Origin: Corallochytrium limacisporum Hawaii
Lineage: Eukaryota > Protista > Pluriformea
Assembly: GCA_002811645.1 (NCBI GenBank)
Contig: PDIP01000052.1
Coordinates: 1-64,000, forward strand
DNA length: 64,000 nt
Direction: 5' to 3'
Shown here: piece after piece, positions 22,575 through 34,241 of the stretch
How the letters are laid out: each line of letters starts with the position of its first letter
Position numbering within the stretch: position 1 is the first letter of the stretch
The notes under the pieces: generated by a model
Seen by the model: the letters and a program-made list of their open reading frames with translations, nothing else
What the model was told of the DNA's origin: nothing
Databases searched by the model: none
Program-made: the position numbers and the translations under genes

Positions 22575-25500
22575 TGAACAGGGAACCGCATGGGATATGC
22601 ATTGGTTGCGCGCCTGGCTTCTCTTCGGGGAAAGCGCGGGTACCTTCTGTGGTGGTTAGACGGGTATTTGTCCAACATGGTAGCGTCCGCGCCCAATGGC
22701 TTGAGACAGTGGCGGGATATGTGTTGGTGGTATCAAGCGCTATTACTATTACCCCATCCCTTTTCTCCCTGTATTTGCTGGAACTGGTGAGACTGGCGGA
22801 GCTATACTTAGGTTCAAGCCCCGTTACTTGGGTAACTCACAGGCGTATCGTATCATTAGACAGAATCAGTTTCGGCATGCTATGTTGTGCTCAATGATCC
22901 CTTGACCCACCATGATACGAATATGTAGGCCGATGGTCTCTATCTTCACCAGTGGGGATTCCAAATAGTATCTGACAGCCTTGGGAATCCCCGTCCGCTT
23001 GCCGGCATGTATCTCACATTGCCAGCATGAACTCCCGGGCTCACAAATACTGCTGAAAGCTATCCAACGTCCCAGCACACCCTTTACTATCCCCGTAGCA
23101 TAGTCCCAGACTGGGAAATACCTTTGAACATCCCAGTAGACCATTCAGTGTGCCCACAAGGGGATACATAGATGCGAAGAAACCCACTAGTCGACAAACT
23201 CTGGCGTCAGCCGTCCCACAGGGATCAATGCAGCTCTGAGCTCAACAGGACAGGGGCAGACTCTTGCAGTCCCGAGCTTCTAGGCAGAGATTCAGACAAG
23301 TGCGTAGGTCAGACAAGTGCGTAGGCCGACGTGGGCCATGGGGATGTATGCAGTTGGTTGTCCGAGGGAGTGATACCAAAGAAGTACACAGGGACGGACT
23401 CAAAACAAAAGGATAGTCACCGGTTGGGAGTACAGATCTTAAGCTGTCCCAAACCTCAATCCTGAGAGCAATACAGATGAAGTAAAGAACGGCAAGGGAG
23501 ATGTCGCTGCAGGAATTAACCTTTTAGCTACCCTAACGCAGGTCGCCACCATCAGAGCCTCCCGCCCAATAGTGCGTCGCTGCCGGAACACGCACTGGTG
23601 GGCACTCAAAAAAGGGAAAAATGCTACCAATCCAACCTAAAGTGGGTTGTGATCGAAGAATAGCCTCGATTAGCTTGGTCATACCGCAGCATCTTTTCAA
23701 CATCCCCAACATCCCCTGCTTCCTCGTCCCAAGTCTTCCATGTGCATTCTTGATAATCAGGAAACAATTTTGTGGACGACACCCCGTGTTTCTGGTCCGG
23801 GTTCCAGCAATCTGGGTCGGAATGAGTCCAGATGTCAAAGCAGGAAGGCTCTTGTTCGTCAGTGCCCCGGTCAGCCCCACTTCTGGACCGGTGACAAAGT
23901 CAGGCAGCGCAAATCTGGGGCACGCTTGGGGTTTTTGATAGGCACAAGATATTCCCGATCTCCTGCAAAATCCCCCTTTTAACGACATAAGAGAACATGT
24001 GTTCCGATATACGAAGGAAAGCTCGCCGCTTGTCACCAACATCGATGCCGGACAAGATTACCTTCTGGCTGAGCCGAGCTGGGACCCGTGACCTGTTCCG
24101 TATAAAGCTCGGCTGCCCGGGCTGAGCAAGTGATGGCGATCGCATTTCCTCACAATTCTTAGGTTCCATGTGAAGTGGTCGTGCCAGACCTAATCGTGGT
24201 CGTGGCAGAGCATTCATGCTCGCTGCTCTGAAGGGCTGCTCATCTTGGCTTCAGTCCCTCTCATATGCCGTATTGACCGATACGAGCTACCCCCCAACCA
24301 TCGCCTTCCCGAAGACGCGTTGCAGAATTTGAATATCCCTTGGCCAATGTTAGCATATTGTTGCCCTTGTTTCCTTCCTTGCCGTACTGAACTTGGTCCG
24401 TACGGTTTGCAGGGCTGGAAAGCCGGTGTCTTGTTACCGCGAGGAAATTCTGAAGCGGTGGTTCTTTGTCCAATCTGCCTTGCTTAGTATTTGATGGAAG
24501 GATCTTATAATTTCCAGAAATACACGATCAAGACCCAGTGTTAGGTCGATCGAAAGGTCCGTCCACACTTCTCACACTCAGAGAATTGAAAATCATTCAG
24601 TGTGAAAGTTGCTGTTCGTTTTCTGTCACGCTGGTGGACTGGATGCAAATCCATCCCTGAGCACTGAAAACAATCATAGATTCCGGAAAATTTGTACAAT
24701 GGATCCCGGCAAATAATCTGCATACCAATACTTCATCAGCATATTGTTCAGCCCCGAAAGTGCCCCTTGTGAGAATGCTCAGCATTGCATCAGCAACATA
24801 TATCCCGGACAATGCAATACAAGGAAGCGGGCCAGTGGCCAGCAGTGCTATGTCACCTGGTAGATTCAGCCAGCAAAACATACTTCTTAGGGGTTATGTC
24901 AAGCATGAGTGTGGCTCCAATCAACACGTAAAGTGGGACCTTAACTGTGCTAAAGCTACCATGAGACACCGAACCCTTCTCGATTGTATCCCATGATGCG
25001 AATACCCGACGTGTGTGAAGAAGTTCACGGAGTGGAACCGTGATCACACACTGCGGTCGCGCAGTGCCGCAGTATAAATCGTTTGCTGCCAATAGGGACG
25101 TAGCAGGAGTACCACGCCTGATAATTGGTTGATTAAAGCAACGGACTTACGTGATGCGTGTACAATGGTGCGAGTACGATTCCATTACGGCGGGTTTTTC
25201 TCGCAGACCCGCAATCGCCGGAAGGGAGAAAAAATATCCAACAGAAACCCTTCAGTGGCGGTCGTGCATCCACTTCAATAGAGTAAAACCCCAGCTCACC
25301 CGGTTGTACGGTTGTACGCGTACGCGTCCGTGTGCGCGTGCAATATTTGTATGGGAACTGCCAATAGTCCGACATGCATGGGCTGTCAAAGCCTATTGGG
25401 CACACCATTCAGTTTCAGCACAATGCTACAGTTCTAATCTGACTGCCCGCAGTTTGTGCTTCCATGTCTAGGTAGTAGTACATAGTGTGAGCCGTACGAA

Positions 25501-26497
25501 TTCCAGCCAATATCGTTTTAGACTGCATGCCTTGGGGGTGTTCTCTTACGGTAGAAAGTGTTCCCGCGCGACTGAATTCTTAGGCACCCCTTTTGACCGA
25601 GCGGGTTCATTCCGATCACCACGTCTTCACCGTGCACGCCACCCTTGCGAGCCACACAATTGAGATGGGATGCGACACTGAAAGTGTCCAACTGCGCTCA
25701 GTGAAAGTGTGTCCAACTGCGCAAATGCTGAAGTGGGTATCTTGGTGAAAAGGGAAGGGTTAGAGTTTGGACGAGTACGCACGCGCACTCCCACCCATCC
25801 CTAATGGCCAGTGGGGAGCACCCTAGGAAGGGATTCTCTCAGAAGAGTAGGCCTGCGTGCCAAAACCTGCTTTGGTCATTATCTTTCGTTGCGCTCTCGA
25901 AAACAACCACGACGAGTCTGGAAGCATGTTTTTCGAGAGTGTGAACGACGGCACAGAGACAAGCCCGGACACAATCGAAACGTGGTACGTACCGAGAAGG
26001 TCAAAAGTAGCCTGCCTCATTAAAAAAGTCTGGCGTTCCGCAGTCCCTGCCTAAATCTTTTGGAGCTATTTTTGCAGGTATACAGAATCAAATTCCATAA
26101 TAAATATATGAACGCTCGGAAAAAATTGACACCATCCGTATGTAGCTGCTAATGCGTTCTGTCGCCACCTATTACAATTAATGCAGTGGATGAGTTATTC
26201 AGTTCCCGAGTGTCAATGGCCAACCCCCTAGACAGAAGGAACAGTTCGGGGACCGAAGAGTTGCCGGGGAAGGGAGCGGGCGCAGAGCGTTGGTCACGTC
26301 CCCTTAAATGGAACTTGGGGATGAATTAGGCAACTGTGAACGTGGGGCAGGCTGCGGACCCGCCAAGACAGAGTACCGATAGTTTAGCGTCCAGTCTTTG
26401 CAGCTACATAATAGGTGTGTGTCCATGGATATATCATGGTGGGATGATCAAGCATGATCACTGCCGGGTTCGTGAATAAGAACAGACTGCAGCGGAA

Positions 26498-27358
26498 ATG
26501 TCGACTCAGTGGTGGCAGCCTACGCCGGGTGGCCTGTGGAACTATGTTCTACAAGGTGAGGACAGATATGAACCTGTTTTGGATGTAATTGACATCGATC
26601 CGGCCCTAATTGAAACTGCTGACTTTGAAAGAATCCATGGTCAGGGCGCAAGGATTATCTGCTATTTCTCGGCCGGCACCAAGGAAGACTATCGCCCTGA
26701 TGCTTCGGATTTCCCGGCTTCGGATGTTGGTAATAACCTTCCTGACTATCCCAACGAACAGTATGTTGACATCCGGTCCGCAGCTATCTTAAATATCATG
26801 AAGGACCGTATGGACTCCTTTGCTACCATGAATTGTGATGGTGTTGAGGCAGACAATGTGGACGTATATTCCAATGACAGTGGTTTTAACATCTCACAGC
26901 AGGATGCAGTCACATATGTAACGGAACTTGCAAACTATGCGCACAGTAAGAACATGGCATTTGCACTAAAAAATGCCCCGGAACTGATTAGTAGTGTACT
27001 CAGTGTCTGTGACATGGCAGTGGTGGAAGAGTGTAAGCAGTTTGGCTTTTGCAATGAGTTCGATCCCTTCATTAGCAGCAACAAGCCGGTCTATTCGGTG
27101 GAGTACACGGGCAACGGGTCTGGGGTATGTCCAACTCTGCTGGGAAAGACTTTTTCCGGCATTATTAAGAGTGTGGATCTCACTGAGTTCCCCTTGACAG
27201 TGTGCGCACAAAACCCGGGGGCTGTGGACACTGACGATTTGTCACCGGACACGGTCGGAAACGACTTCCTTGAGTTCAATGGTGGCTCCTCGCCAATGGC
27301 CAGTCTCTGGTTCACCATATGCATTCCTTTGCTTAGTTCATTCGTGCTGTTTTACTAG
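26498..27358 (+). CDS. Glycoside hydrolase family 114 (endo-alpha-1,4-galactosaminidase-like) with a C-terminal GPI-signal-like tail
   Basis: WWQP..WNYVLQG, ICYFSAGT.E..RPDA..F, CDGVEADNVD, ALKNA, AVVEEC, KPVYSVEY, and a hydrophobic C-terminus (SLWFTICIPLLSSFVLFY). Confidence 0.88.
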   Translation: MSTQWWQPTPGGLWNYVLQGEDRYEPVLDVIDIDPALIETADFERIHGQGARIICYFSAGTKEDYRPDASDFPASDVGNNLPDYPNEQYVDIRSAAILNIMKDRMDSFATMNCDGVEADNVDVYSNDSGFNISQQDAVTYVTELANYAHSKNMAFALKNAPELISSVLSVCDMAVVEECKQFGFCNEFDPFISSNKPVYSVEYTGNGSGVCPTLLGKTFSGIIKSVDLTEFPLTVCAQNPGAVDTDDLSPDTVGNDFLEFNGGSSPMASLWFTICIPLLSSFVLFY

Positions 27359-27510
27359 GTCACGGCGTGCCAGTCCATAAGGACATGATCATGGCCATCG
27401 TTCATTTCTGTAATATATCCATGTAGAGTCATAGCATAGTTGATCCTGACAGTGCCATAACCTAGCATCCAGGGTGGTTTCCTTCCAGGCCTTCACTTGT
27501 GGGTCACCCG

Positions 27511-27514
<4 letters not shown>

Positions 27515-27546
<32 letters not shown>

Positions 27547-27664
27547 CTCTCGCTCTCTCGCTCTCTCGCTCTCTCGCTCTCTCTCTCTCGCTCTCTCTCT
27601 CTCTCTCCCGCACTTTCGCTCTCGCCTCCCTTATCGCTGCGTGCGTGCGTGTGCGTGTGTGTGT
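27515..27664. repeat. (CT)n/(CTCG) microsatellite followed by a (CGTG)/(TG) tract
   Basis: Visible directly in the sequence. Confidence 0.95.
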
Positions 27665-28312
27665 ATGTATAGGATGTATTTGAAAAGCAAACGTCGATTT
27701 GTTGTCTTCTCAGTTGTGGGGGGGGGGGGTGGCCAAGGTAGTGCGCCCCAAAGGGCCCCGTCCATGCAACCAACCCGTCCCAAGCAAGCGGCACATTGCC
27801 TCCCTCCATTCCTCCCTCTGGCTCTCTCCCGCACCGTCTCCCTCCACTGTCCCTCCCCCGTGGCTCCATCGCTCCCTTATTTTGCTCTCTATCGCAGTGT
27901 CTCTCGCGGACCCTCTCTATTTTTAGCTCGGCACTCCCAACTTGTCGTTCCGAAGCCTAGTGTAACCTAACCTCCCTCCACAGCCGCTGTACTACTGGTG
28001 CCTGTTGTTTCACTATTCAAATGCATGAGAAAGATGAAAAGAAAAATCATGAGCGGACCAATCCTTGTGGCTCCACAGCGCTTACTGGTGCGAGATAACA
28101 AGAAAAACGAAACGAGATTGCAATCTCGTCGGGCCATCAATAGTTGAGACGGCTCTTCGATGGTCTTGCGGGTGACGCGGTATCTTCATTCTCGACGACG
28201 CAAAATTAACTGCACAGCTATGTGAGAAGCTAGGGAGCTTTCTGTAATAGCGATAGGTGCAGCTGTATTGGTCCTCACACCAAGTATTCGGAACATTACG
28301 CGATCAAAAACC

Positions 28313-29107
28313 ATGGCTGACTCTAAGATGTCGAACGTCGTTGCCGTCGTTACTGGCGGTGCCTCTGGCCTGGGTTTGGCCACTGTCCTGCAGATTGTGA
28401 GCCAGGGTGGCAAGGCAGTTGCCTTCGACCTGAACCCACCTGGTGACGAATCCAAGAAGGCTGTCTCTGCTTACAAGAATTCCGTGGCTTTCGTTTCCGG
28501 AGATGTCATGTCTGATGATGATGTGCAGAAGGCTCTTGACACCTGCGTCTCCCAATTCGGCCGCGAGCTGAATGTGTTGGTCAACTGTGCTGGCATTGGA
28601 TCTGCCACTCGCACCTACACTGGCAAGATCCCCCATCCCCAGGATATGTTTGACTTTGTTGTCCGGGTTAACCTCAGCGGTACCTTTAACTGTATCCGTC
28701 TGGCTAGTGAACGTATGGCCAAGAACCCAGCCACCGCTGACGATGAGCGTGGAGTCATTGTCAATACTGCCAGCGCTGCCGCCTATGATGGTCAGATCGG
28801 TCAGGCGGCTTACAGTGCCAGCAAGGCCGGTGTTGTGGGCATGACTCTGCCCATTGCCCGTGATTTGGCTCGCCATGGCATCCGCTGTGTAACCATTGCC
28901 CCTGGTCTATTCCTGACCCCCCTGTTGGCCGGTCTGCCCGAACCTGCTCTGAAAGGATTGTCCAAGGACGTTCCTTTCCCCAAGCGCCTCGGAAACCCGC
29001 AAGAGTTTGCACACACCGTGCAATGGATCGTTGAGAACCGTATGGTCAACGCGGAGACCATTCGCTTAGATGGAGGTATCCGTTTCGCTCCTGGCGGCAA
29101 GCTGTAA
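28313..29107 (+). CDS. HSD17B10: 3-hydroxyacyl-CoA dehydrogenase type 2 (SDR)
   Basis: VTGGASGLG, VNCAGIG, ERGVIVNTAS.AAYDGQIGQAAYSASKAGVVGMTLPIARDLA, VPFPKRLG.P.EFA, ETIRLDG; ATG at 28313. Confidence 0.92.
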   Translation: MADSKMSNVVAVVTGGASGLGLATVLQIVSQGGKAVAFDLNPPGDESKKAVSAYKNSVAFVSGDVMSDDDVQKALDTCVSQFGRELNVLVNCAGIGSATRTYTGKIPHPQDMFDFVVRVNLSGTFNCIRLASERMAKNPATADDERGVIVNTASAAAYDGQIGQAAYSASKAGVVGMTLPIARDLARHGIRCVTIAPGLFLTPLLAGLPEPALKGLSKDVPFPKRLGNPQEFAHTVQWIVENRMVNAETIRLDGGIRFAPGGKL

Positions 29108-29570
29108 ACACGGTGCGGGACAAAAACAATGAGCATTGCTACTGTGTACAGCTATTAGGGGTCCGCAGTGCGTCAAGGTAGCTGGATACAAAATAGAGAC
29201 ATAGACTATTTTCAGCTCAATAGATTGCCCGCAATGTTGACGGGTAGTAAATTCCCTTCATACTCTTCCTAAGGGAGAAGGGGACACGGCAGGGTATTCC
29301 AATCACTACCACCGACCACCAACCACCACCGCCAAGGCCCCCCCCTCCCTTTCTATCGATTCCCCTCCTGCTGGCCCCATCGGAATGAAGGGCGGTTTCC
29401 CGTACGTTGTGTTTCCTCTCGAATCTGCGGTCCGAGGCTTTTTGAAGATCATTATTGTGCGCAGAGCAGATTTGGTAGTAAAGGAAAGAGGCATGGCCAT
29501 CCAGTCTTTGAATATAGAATTGTTTTATCATCTTTCATAACCCAGGGCGCAATCATTTGCGGCACATACC

Positions 29571-30647
29571 ATGCCGGCCCAAATCTTAACTGATGCCTTT
29601 GCGTCGTACATCAAAGAGGCCGATGCCGCCGGCTTTGAAGAGCGTCTTAATGCTGAGCGTCTGGACGTAAATGCAGTAGATAGTTCTGGTACCACAGTGC
29701 TCATGCACTGTGTGTATAGCAGAAAGCCTGAATTGACAGATGTTTTGCTCAAGAAGGGTGCCGACCCAAATCTGATTCCCCCACCGGCCCGGGGTTACAG
29801 TCCCCTCATGTTTGCGGCCATGGGCGGCAACGAAGAATGCTGTCGCTTGCTGTTGGAGGCTGGCGCTGATAAGGACCACAAGAATGACATCGGCAAGACT
29901 TCCACGGACATGGCCGCTTTTGTGGGTAACAGTGATATTGCGTCAGTAATCATCCAGTGGGTATCAAGGAAGCGCTTGGTGGGATATTTGGAGGAAAGAG
30001 GAAGGCTCTCAGAGAATGACGCTACCAAAGTGTATGAGGCAATCACTTCTCCTATTCCATCCCCTCTGGCCATGCTCAACACCATTAATGAGGCAGAACT
30101 ATTTCACATCAACCCCAAGGCACTCCTGTCTGTCCTGCATGATGTGGTTCGCCACTGTCGCGCGGAATTGAAGAACGACACCCTGGCGTACAAGGCGCAC
30201 TTCTTACATCAGGTTGTAGAGAAAGCGAGCGCAACAAAGAGCAACGGGGAAGATTCTATGGAAGAATTTCGCAGCGTCCAGCTCTACAGACTCCCAGACA
30301 AAGAGAAGGATCAGAGACCAGGAATGGATGCCTTCATCAAAGATGCTACTCGGACCTACCCGTTTGGTCCGGATTCTATTGTGCTGCAGCAACTCGTGCC
30401 TGCACTGGCGACCCACAAGAGCGGAACGGACGGTTCCACTGCGCTACAACTTGTGGTGGGTACTCTGAATGGTCCGGGTAGCCAGAAGGCCTTGGCAGAT
30501 CCTGCGAAGCACTGTGACAGCTGCCTTAGGGTTGCGTCCACTTTCAAGAGCTGCAGTCGATGCAAGAAGGTCAACTACTGCTCAACATCATGTCAGAAGT
30601 TGCGTTGGCCTGGACATAAGGCCGACTGCAAGGCGTCGTCCTCATAA
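29571..30647 (+). CDS. ANKMY2: Ankyrin repeat and MYND domain protein
   Basis: N-terminal ankyrin repeats (GYSPLMFAAMGGN, MAAFVGN) and a C-terminal MYND finger CDSC..CSRCKKVNYCSTSCQKLRWPGHKADC. Confidence 0.85.
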   Translation: MPAQILTDAFASYIKEADAAGFEERLNAERLDVNAVDSSGTTVLMHCVYSRKPELTDVLLKKGADPNLIPPPARGYSPLMFAAMGGNEECCRLLLEAGADKDHKNDIGKTSTDMAAFVGNSDIASVIIQWVSRKRLVGYLEERGRLSENDATKVYEAITSPIPSPLAMLNTINEAELFHINPKALLSVLHDVVRHCRAELKNDTLAYKAHFLHQVVEKASATKSNGEDSMEEFRSVQLYRLPDKEKDQRPGMDAFIKDATRTYPFGPDSIVLQQLVPALATHKSGTDGSTALQLVVGTLNGPGSQKALADPAKHCDSCLRVASTFKSCSRCKKVNYCSTSCQKLRWPGHKADCKASSS

Positions 30648-30955
30648 TAGACAATTTAAAATCATAGTGTGTATAAGGCCTCGTCTGCCTACACTTGTTG
30701 TTGCTCTTGAGTGGAGGTGACTGACTTCCCAGTGGGTCTGTCCACAGTCACACCCTTAACTGAGGCCCCAAGCGGACAGGCCGAGGACACTTTTGAGACC
30801 TGTCCATTATTCTCCATCACTGAACCCCTAAACTTTGACTTCAAGTAGAGTGAAGTTGTGGGGGAGCCCATTTATTCTGAACCCTTCGGCCAAGCTTCGG
30901 CAGCACTAAGGAAATGGAGAGGAGAGGCTGGAAGGGGGTGGGGCCCAAGGGTGAA

Positions 30956-31081
30956 CGCGCGCGAAAAGTCTGCCCTCCATCAATTTCTCGCCTGTCGCGT
31001 TTTGCTCTCGCCGCCTTCCTCCTTCTCCCCTTAGCTGGCTCCCTTCTGCTAAGGCAATCTGAAAGTCCGCGCGCGAAAAGT
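30956..31081 (+). promoter_or_regulatory. Two identical E2F-type sites (CGCGCGCGAAAAGT) upstream of MCM6
   Basis: Exact 14-mer at 30956-30969 and 31068-31081; the reverse complement contains TTTTCGCGC (E2F consensus TTTSSCGC). Confidence 0.7.
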
Positions 31082-31473
31082 TTGGAGTGAGAGAGTGATG
31101 TGGGGGTAGGGTTAGGGTGACTGGTGCTGGTGCCTATGCTTCGCGATAGTTTCCAATTCCTTCGTCTAGGTGCGCCCTCACACACACACACACACACACA
31201 CACGCATAGAGACAGAGAGAGAAGGAGACAAAGGAACATAGAGAACAGTGCATGAACTTCACGTCGCGTTCAATTCGTTAGCAGCGTTAACACCACAAAA
31301 GCACAACAACAAGCTGTACAAGGAATGGTAGTTAAGATCTGGTCCAAATTGGCGACTATATGTTGTTGCGATTGGTACAGGTACAACAGTCATTCTACGA
31401 AACTCGGATGCAGTCATAGCTGTCCGGGCGAATTGACCAACTTACAAACACATAACTCGTAACAACAGACAGA

Positions 31474-34014
31474 ATGGCTTTGCAGCTTCAAGGAGCAGTT
31501 GCTCCGTCAAATCAGGCCTGGGTTGATGAAAACGGAGTCAGGGTTCGCGACAGTTTCTTCAACTTCCTCTCCTCCTACAAGACCTCTGTGGATGCGGTAT
31601 CCACCCACGCCGAGGAACGAGAGGGTGACACAGAACCGTTCTATATTCGTCAGGTGAAGTCTCTGCAGGCACAGAACAATACTACAGTGTACATTGACTT
31701 GGATCACATTGTCAGCGCGGGAGATCAATATGCCGCACTGGTCCACGAAGTCCGCACTGACTATGTCCACTATGAGCCTTTCCTGCTGGAGGGCCTCCAC
31801 AAAGTTATTGAACAGCACGCTAGCTCATATCGTTTCCTTCCTGATGGACGGCCTCGTCCCTTTTCCATCGCCTTCTACAACGTCGGGCACACTATCAAGC
31901 TGCGCAACCTGAACACCAGTAACCTCGGTCAGTTGGTCAGCTTCTTGGGAACCGTAACCCGCGTCACTGAAGTCCGTCCCGAGTTGGTCAAGGGTCACTT
32001 TATTTGCAAGGAGTGCCAGTCCAGCCACCCTAATGTAGCACAGCAGTTCAAGTACACCACTCCGGTCCGGTGTGTGTCCGACACCTGCGGCAACCGTCAG
32101 TTTTGGGAACTCGAACCCGAGAAATCTGAATTCATCGACTGGCAGCGCGTACGGGCCCAGGAGGTCGGCACTGACACTCCCTCTGGATCTATGCCCCGCA
32201 GTATCGAAGTGGTCCTGCGTCATGACCAGGTAGAACGCGCCAAAGCTGGTGACAAAGTCCTGTTCACAGGCACGCTGATTGTTGTGCCTGACATCTCTCA
32301 GCTGGCCGCACCTGGTCAACGCGGTACCACAGTTGCAGGACCTTCCGCTCGTCGAGGAGACGGCGCTGGAGCCGAGGGTGTGACCGGTCTGAAAGGTCTC
32401 GGTGTGCGCGAGATGAGCTACAAGATTGTGTTCCTGGCCTGCACGGTTCAGGGTGCGGAAGTCGTGAACAAGGAAGTTGACGTGCGCAGCGAGGACGAGA
32501 CAACTCAGGAGGTCATTGAGTCCATGACCAAGGACCAGATTGCTGACATTCGTCGCATGCGCCAAGACAGTGATTTATATGACCACTTGGCGAACTCTAT
32601 CGCGCCTTCCGTGTACGGTCACACGGACATCAAACGTGGTATTCTCCTCATGCTCCTTGGAGGTGTTCACAAGAGTACCAAGGAGGGCATGAAGCTGCGT
32701 GGAGATATTAACTGCTGCATTGTGGGTGACCCGGCCTGTGCAAAGTCTCAGTTTTTGAAGTACGTGACTGAGTTTCTGCCCCGGGCCGTGTACACGAGTG
32801 GTAAGGCATCGACTGCCGCCGGTTTGACCGCCAGTGTGGTCAAAGATGAGGAGACGAAGGAGTTTTGCATCGAGGCGGGTGCTCTCATGCTAGCTGACAA
32901 CTCAATCTGCTGCATTGACGAATTTGACAAGATGGACATGAAGGACCAGGTTGCCATTCACGAAGCCATGGAACAGCAGACTATTTCTATTGCCAAGGCT
33001 GGTATACAGGCCACCCTTAACGCTCGCACTTCCATTCTGGCCGCAGCAAACCCCATCGGTGGCAAGTACGACCCTACCCGATCTCTGCGCCGCAATATTC
33101 AGATGACAGCTCCCATCATGAGCCGTTTTGATCTGTTCTTTATCATTCTGGATGAATGCAACGAAACTGTTGATCGCAGCATCGCAACCCATGTTGTACA
33201 GCTGCACCAGCTTCGTGACAGCGCGGTGACGCCCGTCTATGAGACCGAGTTGATCCAGCGGTACATCCGTCTGGCCCGAACCATTCGTCCACAACTCACC
33301 GAAGCCGCCAAGAAGCATCTCGTATCCCACTACAAGGAACTACGTGCCAGTGACGCCGATGGAAACTCTGGAGCCTACCGCATCACTGTGCGTCAATTAG
33401 AGTCCCTGGTCCGTCTGAGCGAGGCCTACGCCCGTCTGACCATGGATGCCTACATTCTGCCCCGCCACGTGGACGAGGCCTATCGTCTGCTGAAGTCCTC
33501 CATCCGTCGTATTGAGGCACCCGACTTGCAGCTGCATGACACATACGACCCCAACCGTGCCGACACTGCAGCAGACCTAGAAGCCATGGAGGAGGCTGAG
33601 CGCCGTCAGGCCGAGATGGATGCCCTCACCGAGCAGCAGGCTCAGCAGGTGACCATCACGGTCGAGACCTACCGTGCCATGAGCGCTCGCCTGCGTCGCA
33701 TCATGGAGAACAGTGTTACCCTGCGGCTCAGCGACCTGGTTGAGAGGTACCTCAGCGAGTGGGCAGAAGAAAATCGCGTTGACGACGTGGACCGTGCTGA
33801 ACGTGAGAAGCGGGTTGTGGGCATGGTTATTGAGCGCATGATTACCCACGACAATGTCCTACTCGACATTACTGAGAATGTCGACGACACCGGAGAGGTC
33901 GTTGAACGGACAGGAGTCGAGGGCGAGAAAGCCCAAGCACGCGCACAGACCCAGGCTGGAACTGCCCAAGATCCTGTACTGATGATGCACCCGAACTGGG
34001 AAGAGGCACTCTAG
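31474..34014 (+). CDS. MCM6: DNA replication licensing factor MCM6
   Basis: Zn finger CKEC..CVSDTC, GVTGLKGLGVRE, GDPACAKSQFLK (Walker A), EFCIEAGALMLADN, IDEFDKM, SRFD, RITVRQLES. Confidence 0.97.
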   Translation: MALQLQGAVAPSNQAWVDENGVRVRDSFFNFLSSYKTSVDAVSTHAEEREGDTEPFYIRQVKSLQAQNNTTVYIDLDHIVSAGDQYAALVHEVRTDYVHYEPFLLEGLHKVIEQHASSYRFLPDGRPRPFSIAFYNVGHTIKLRNLNTSNLGQLVSFLGTVTRVTEVRPELVKGHFICKECQSSHPNVAQQFKYTTPVRCVSDTCGNRQFWELEPEKSEFIDWQRVRAQEVGTDTPSGSMPRSIEVVLRHDQVERAKAGDKVLFTGTLIVVPDISQLAAPGQRGTTVAGPSARRGDGAGAEGVTGLKGLGVREMSYKIVFLACTVQGAEVVNKEVDVRSEDETTQEVIESMTKDQIADIRRMRQDSDLYDHLANSIAPSVYGHTDIKRGILLMLLGGVHKSTKEGMKLRGDINCCIVGDPACAKSQFLKYVTEFLPRAVYTSGKASTAAGLTASVVKDEETKEFCIEAGALMLADNSICCIDEFDKMDMKDQVAIHEAMEQQTISIAKAGIQATLNARTSILAAANPIGGKYDPTRSLRRNIQMTAPIMSRFDLFFIILDECNETVDRSIATHVVQLHQLRDSAVTPVYETELIQRYIRLARTIRPQLTEAAKKHLVSHYKELRASDADGNSGAYRITVRQLESLVRLSEAYARLTMDAYILPRHVDEAYRLLKSSIRRIEAPDLQLHDTYDPNRADTAADLEAMEEAERRQAEMDALTEQQAQQVTITVETYRAMSARLRRIMENSVTLRLSDLVERYLSEWAEENRVDDVDRAEREKRVVGMVIERMITHDNVLLDITENVDDTGEVVERTGVEGEKAQARAQTQAGTAQDPVLMMHPNWEEAL

Positions 34015-34241
34015 TGTACTTTCAAAAGATTAAGAAAAAGAAATCAATTCGAACCTTACAAAATCTACGCAGTGTGGTTATGAAATGCTTCCTACGGTAT
34101 GCTCTAATGGAGATGTAAATTAAGAGAATGATGCTGATGTCGATGTATGCGATGCCAAAGTGACCCTATGCAAAAATATGGAGCTTAGAACCATGGTAGT
34201 GCAGGTTGTATACTTGTGCGTCTTGGTGTAGATCCCGCGAA

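Noticed and set aside
23900-24217. VVKRGILQE resembling a non-LTR reverse-transcriptase QG motif
   Set aside because: The Gly is missing and no YADD or other RT motifs were found nearby.
23292-25723. Short direct repeats (17 bp x2 at 23292; ~24 bp x2 at 25680) as CRISPR-like repeats or TSDs
   Set aside because: Simple adjacent tandem duplications with no spacers or enclosed element.
31105-31118. Isolated TTAGGG/AACCCTA words (also 7517, 60800) as telobox promoter elements
   Set aside because: Single short words at near-chance frequency.
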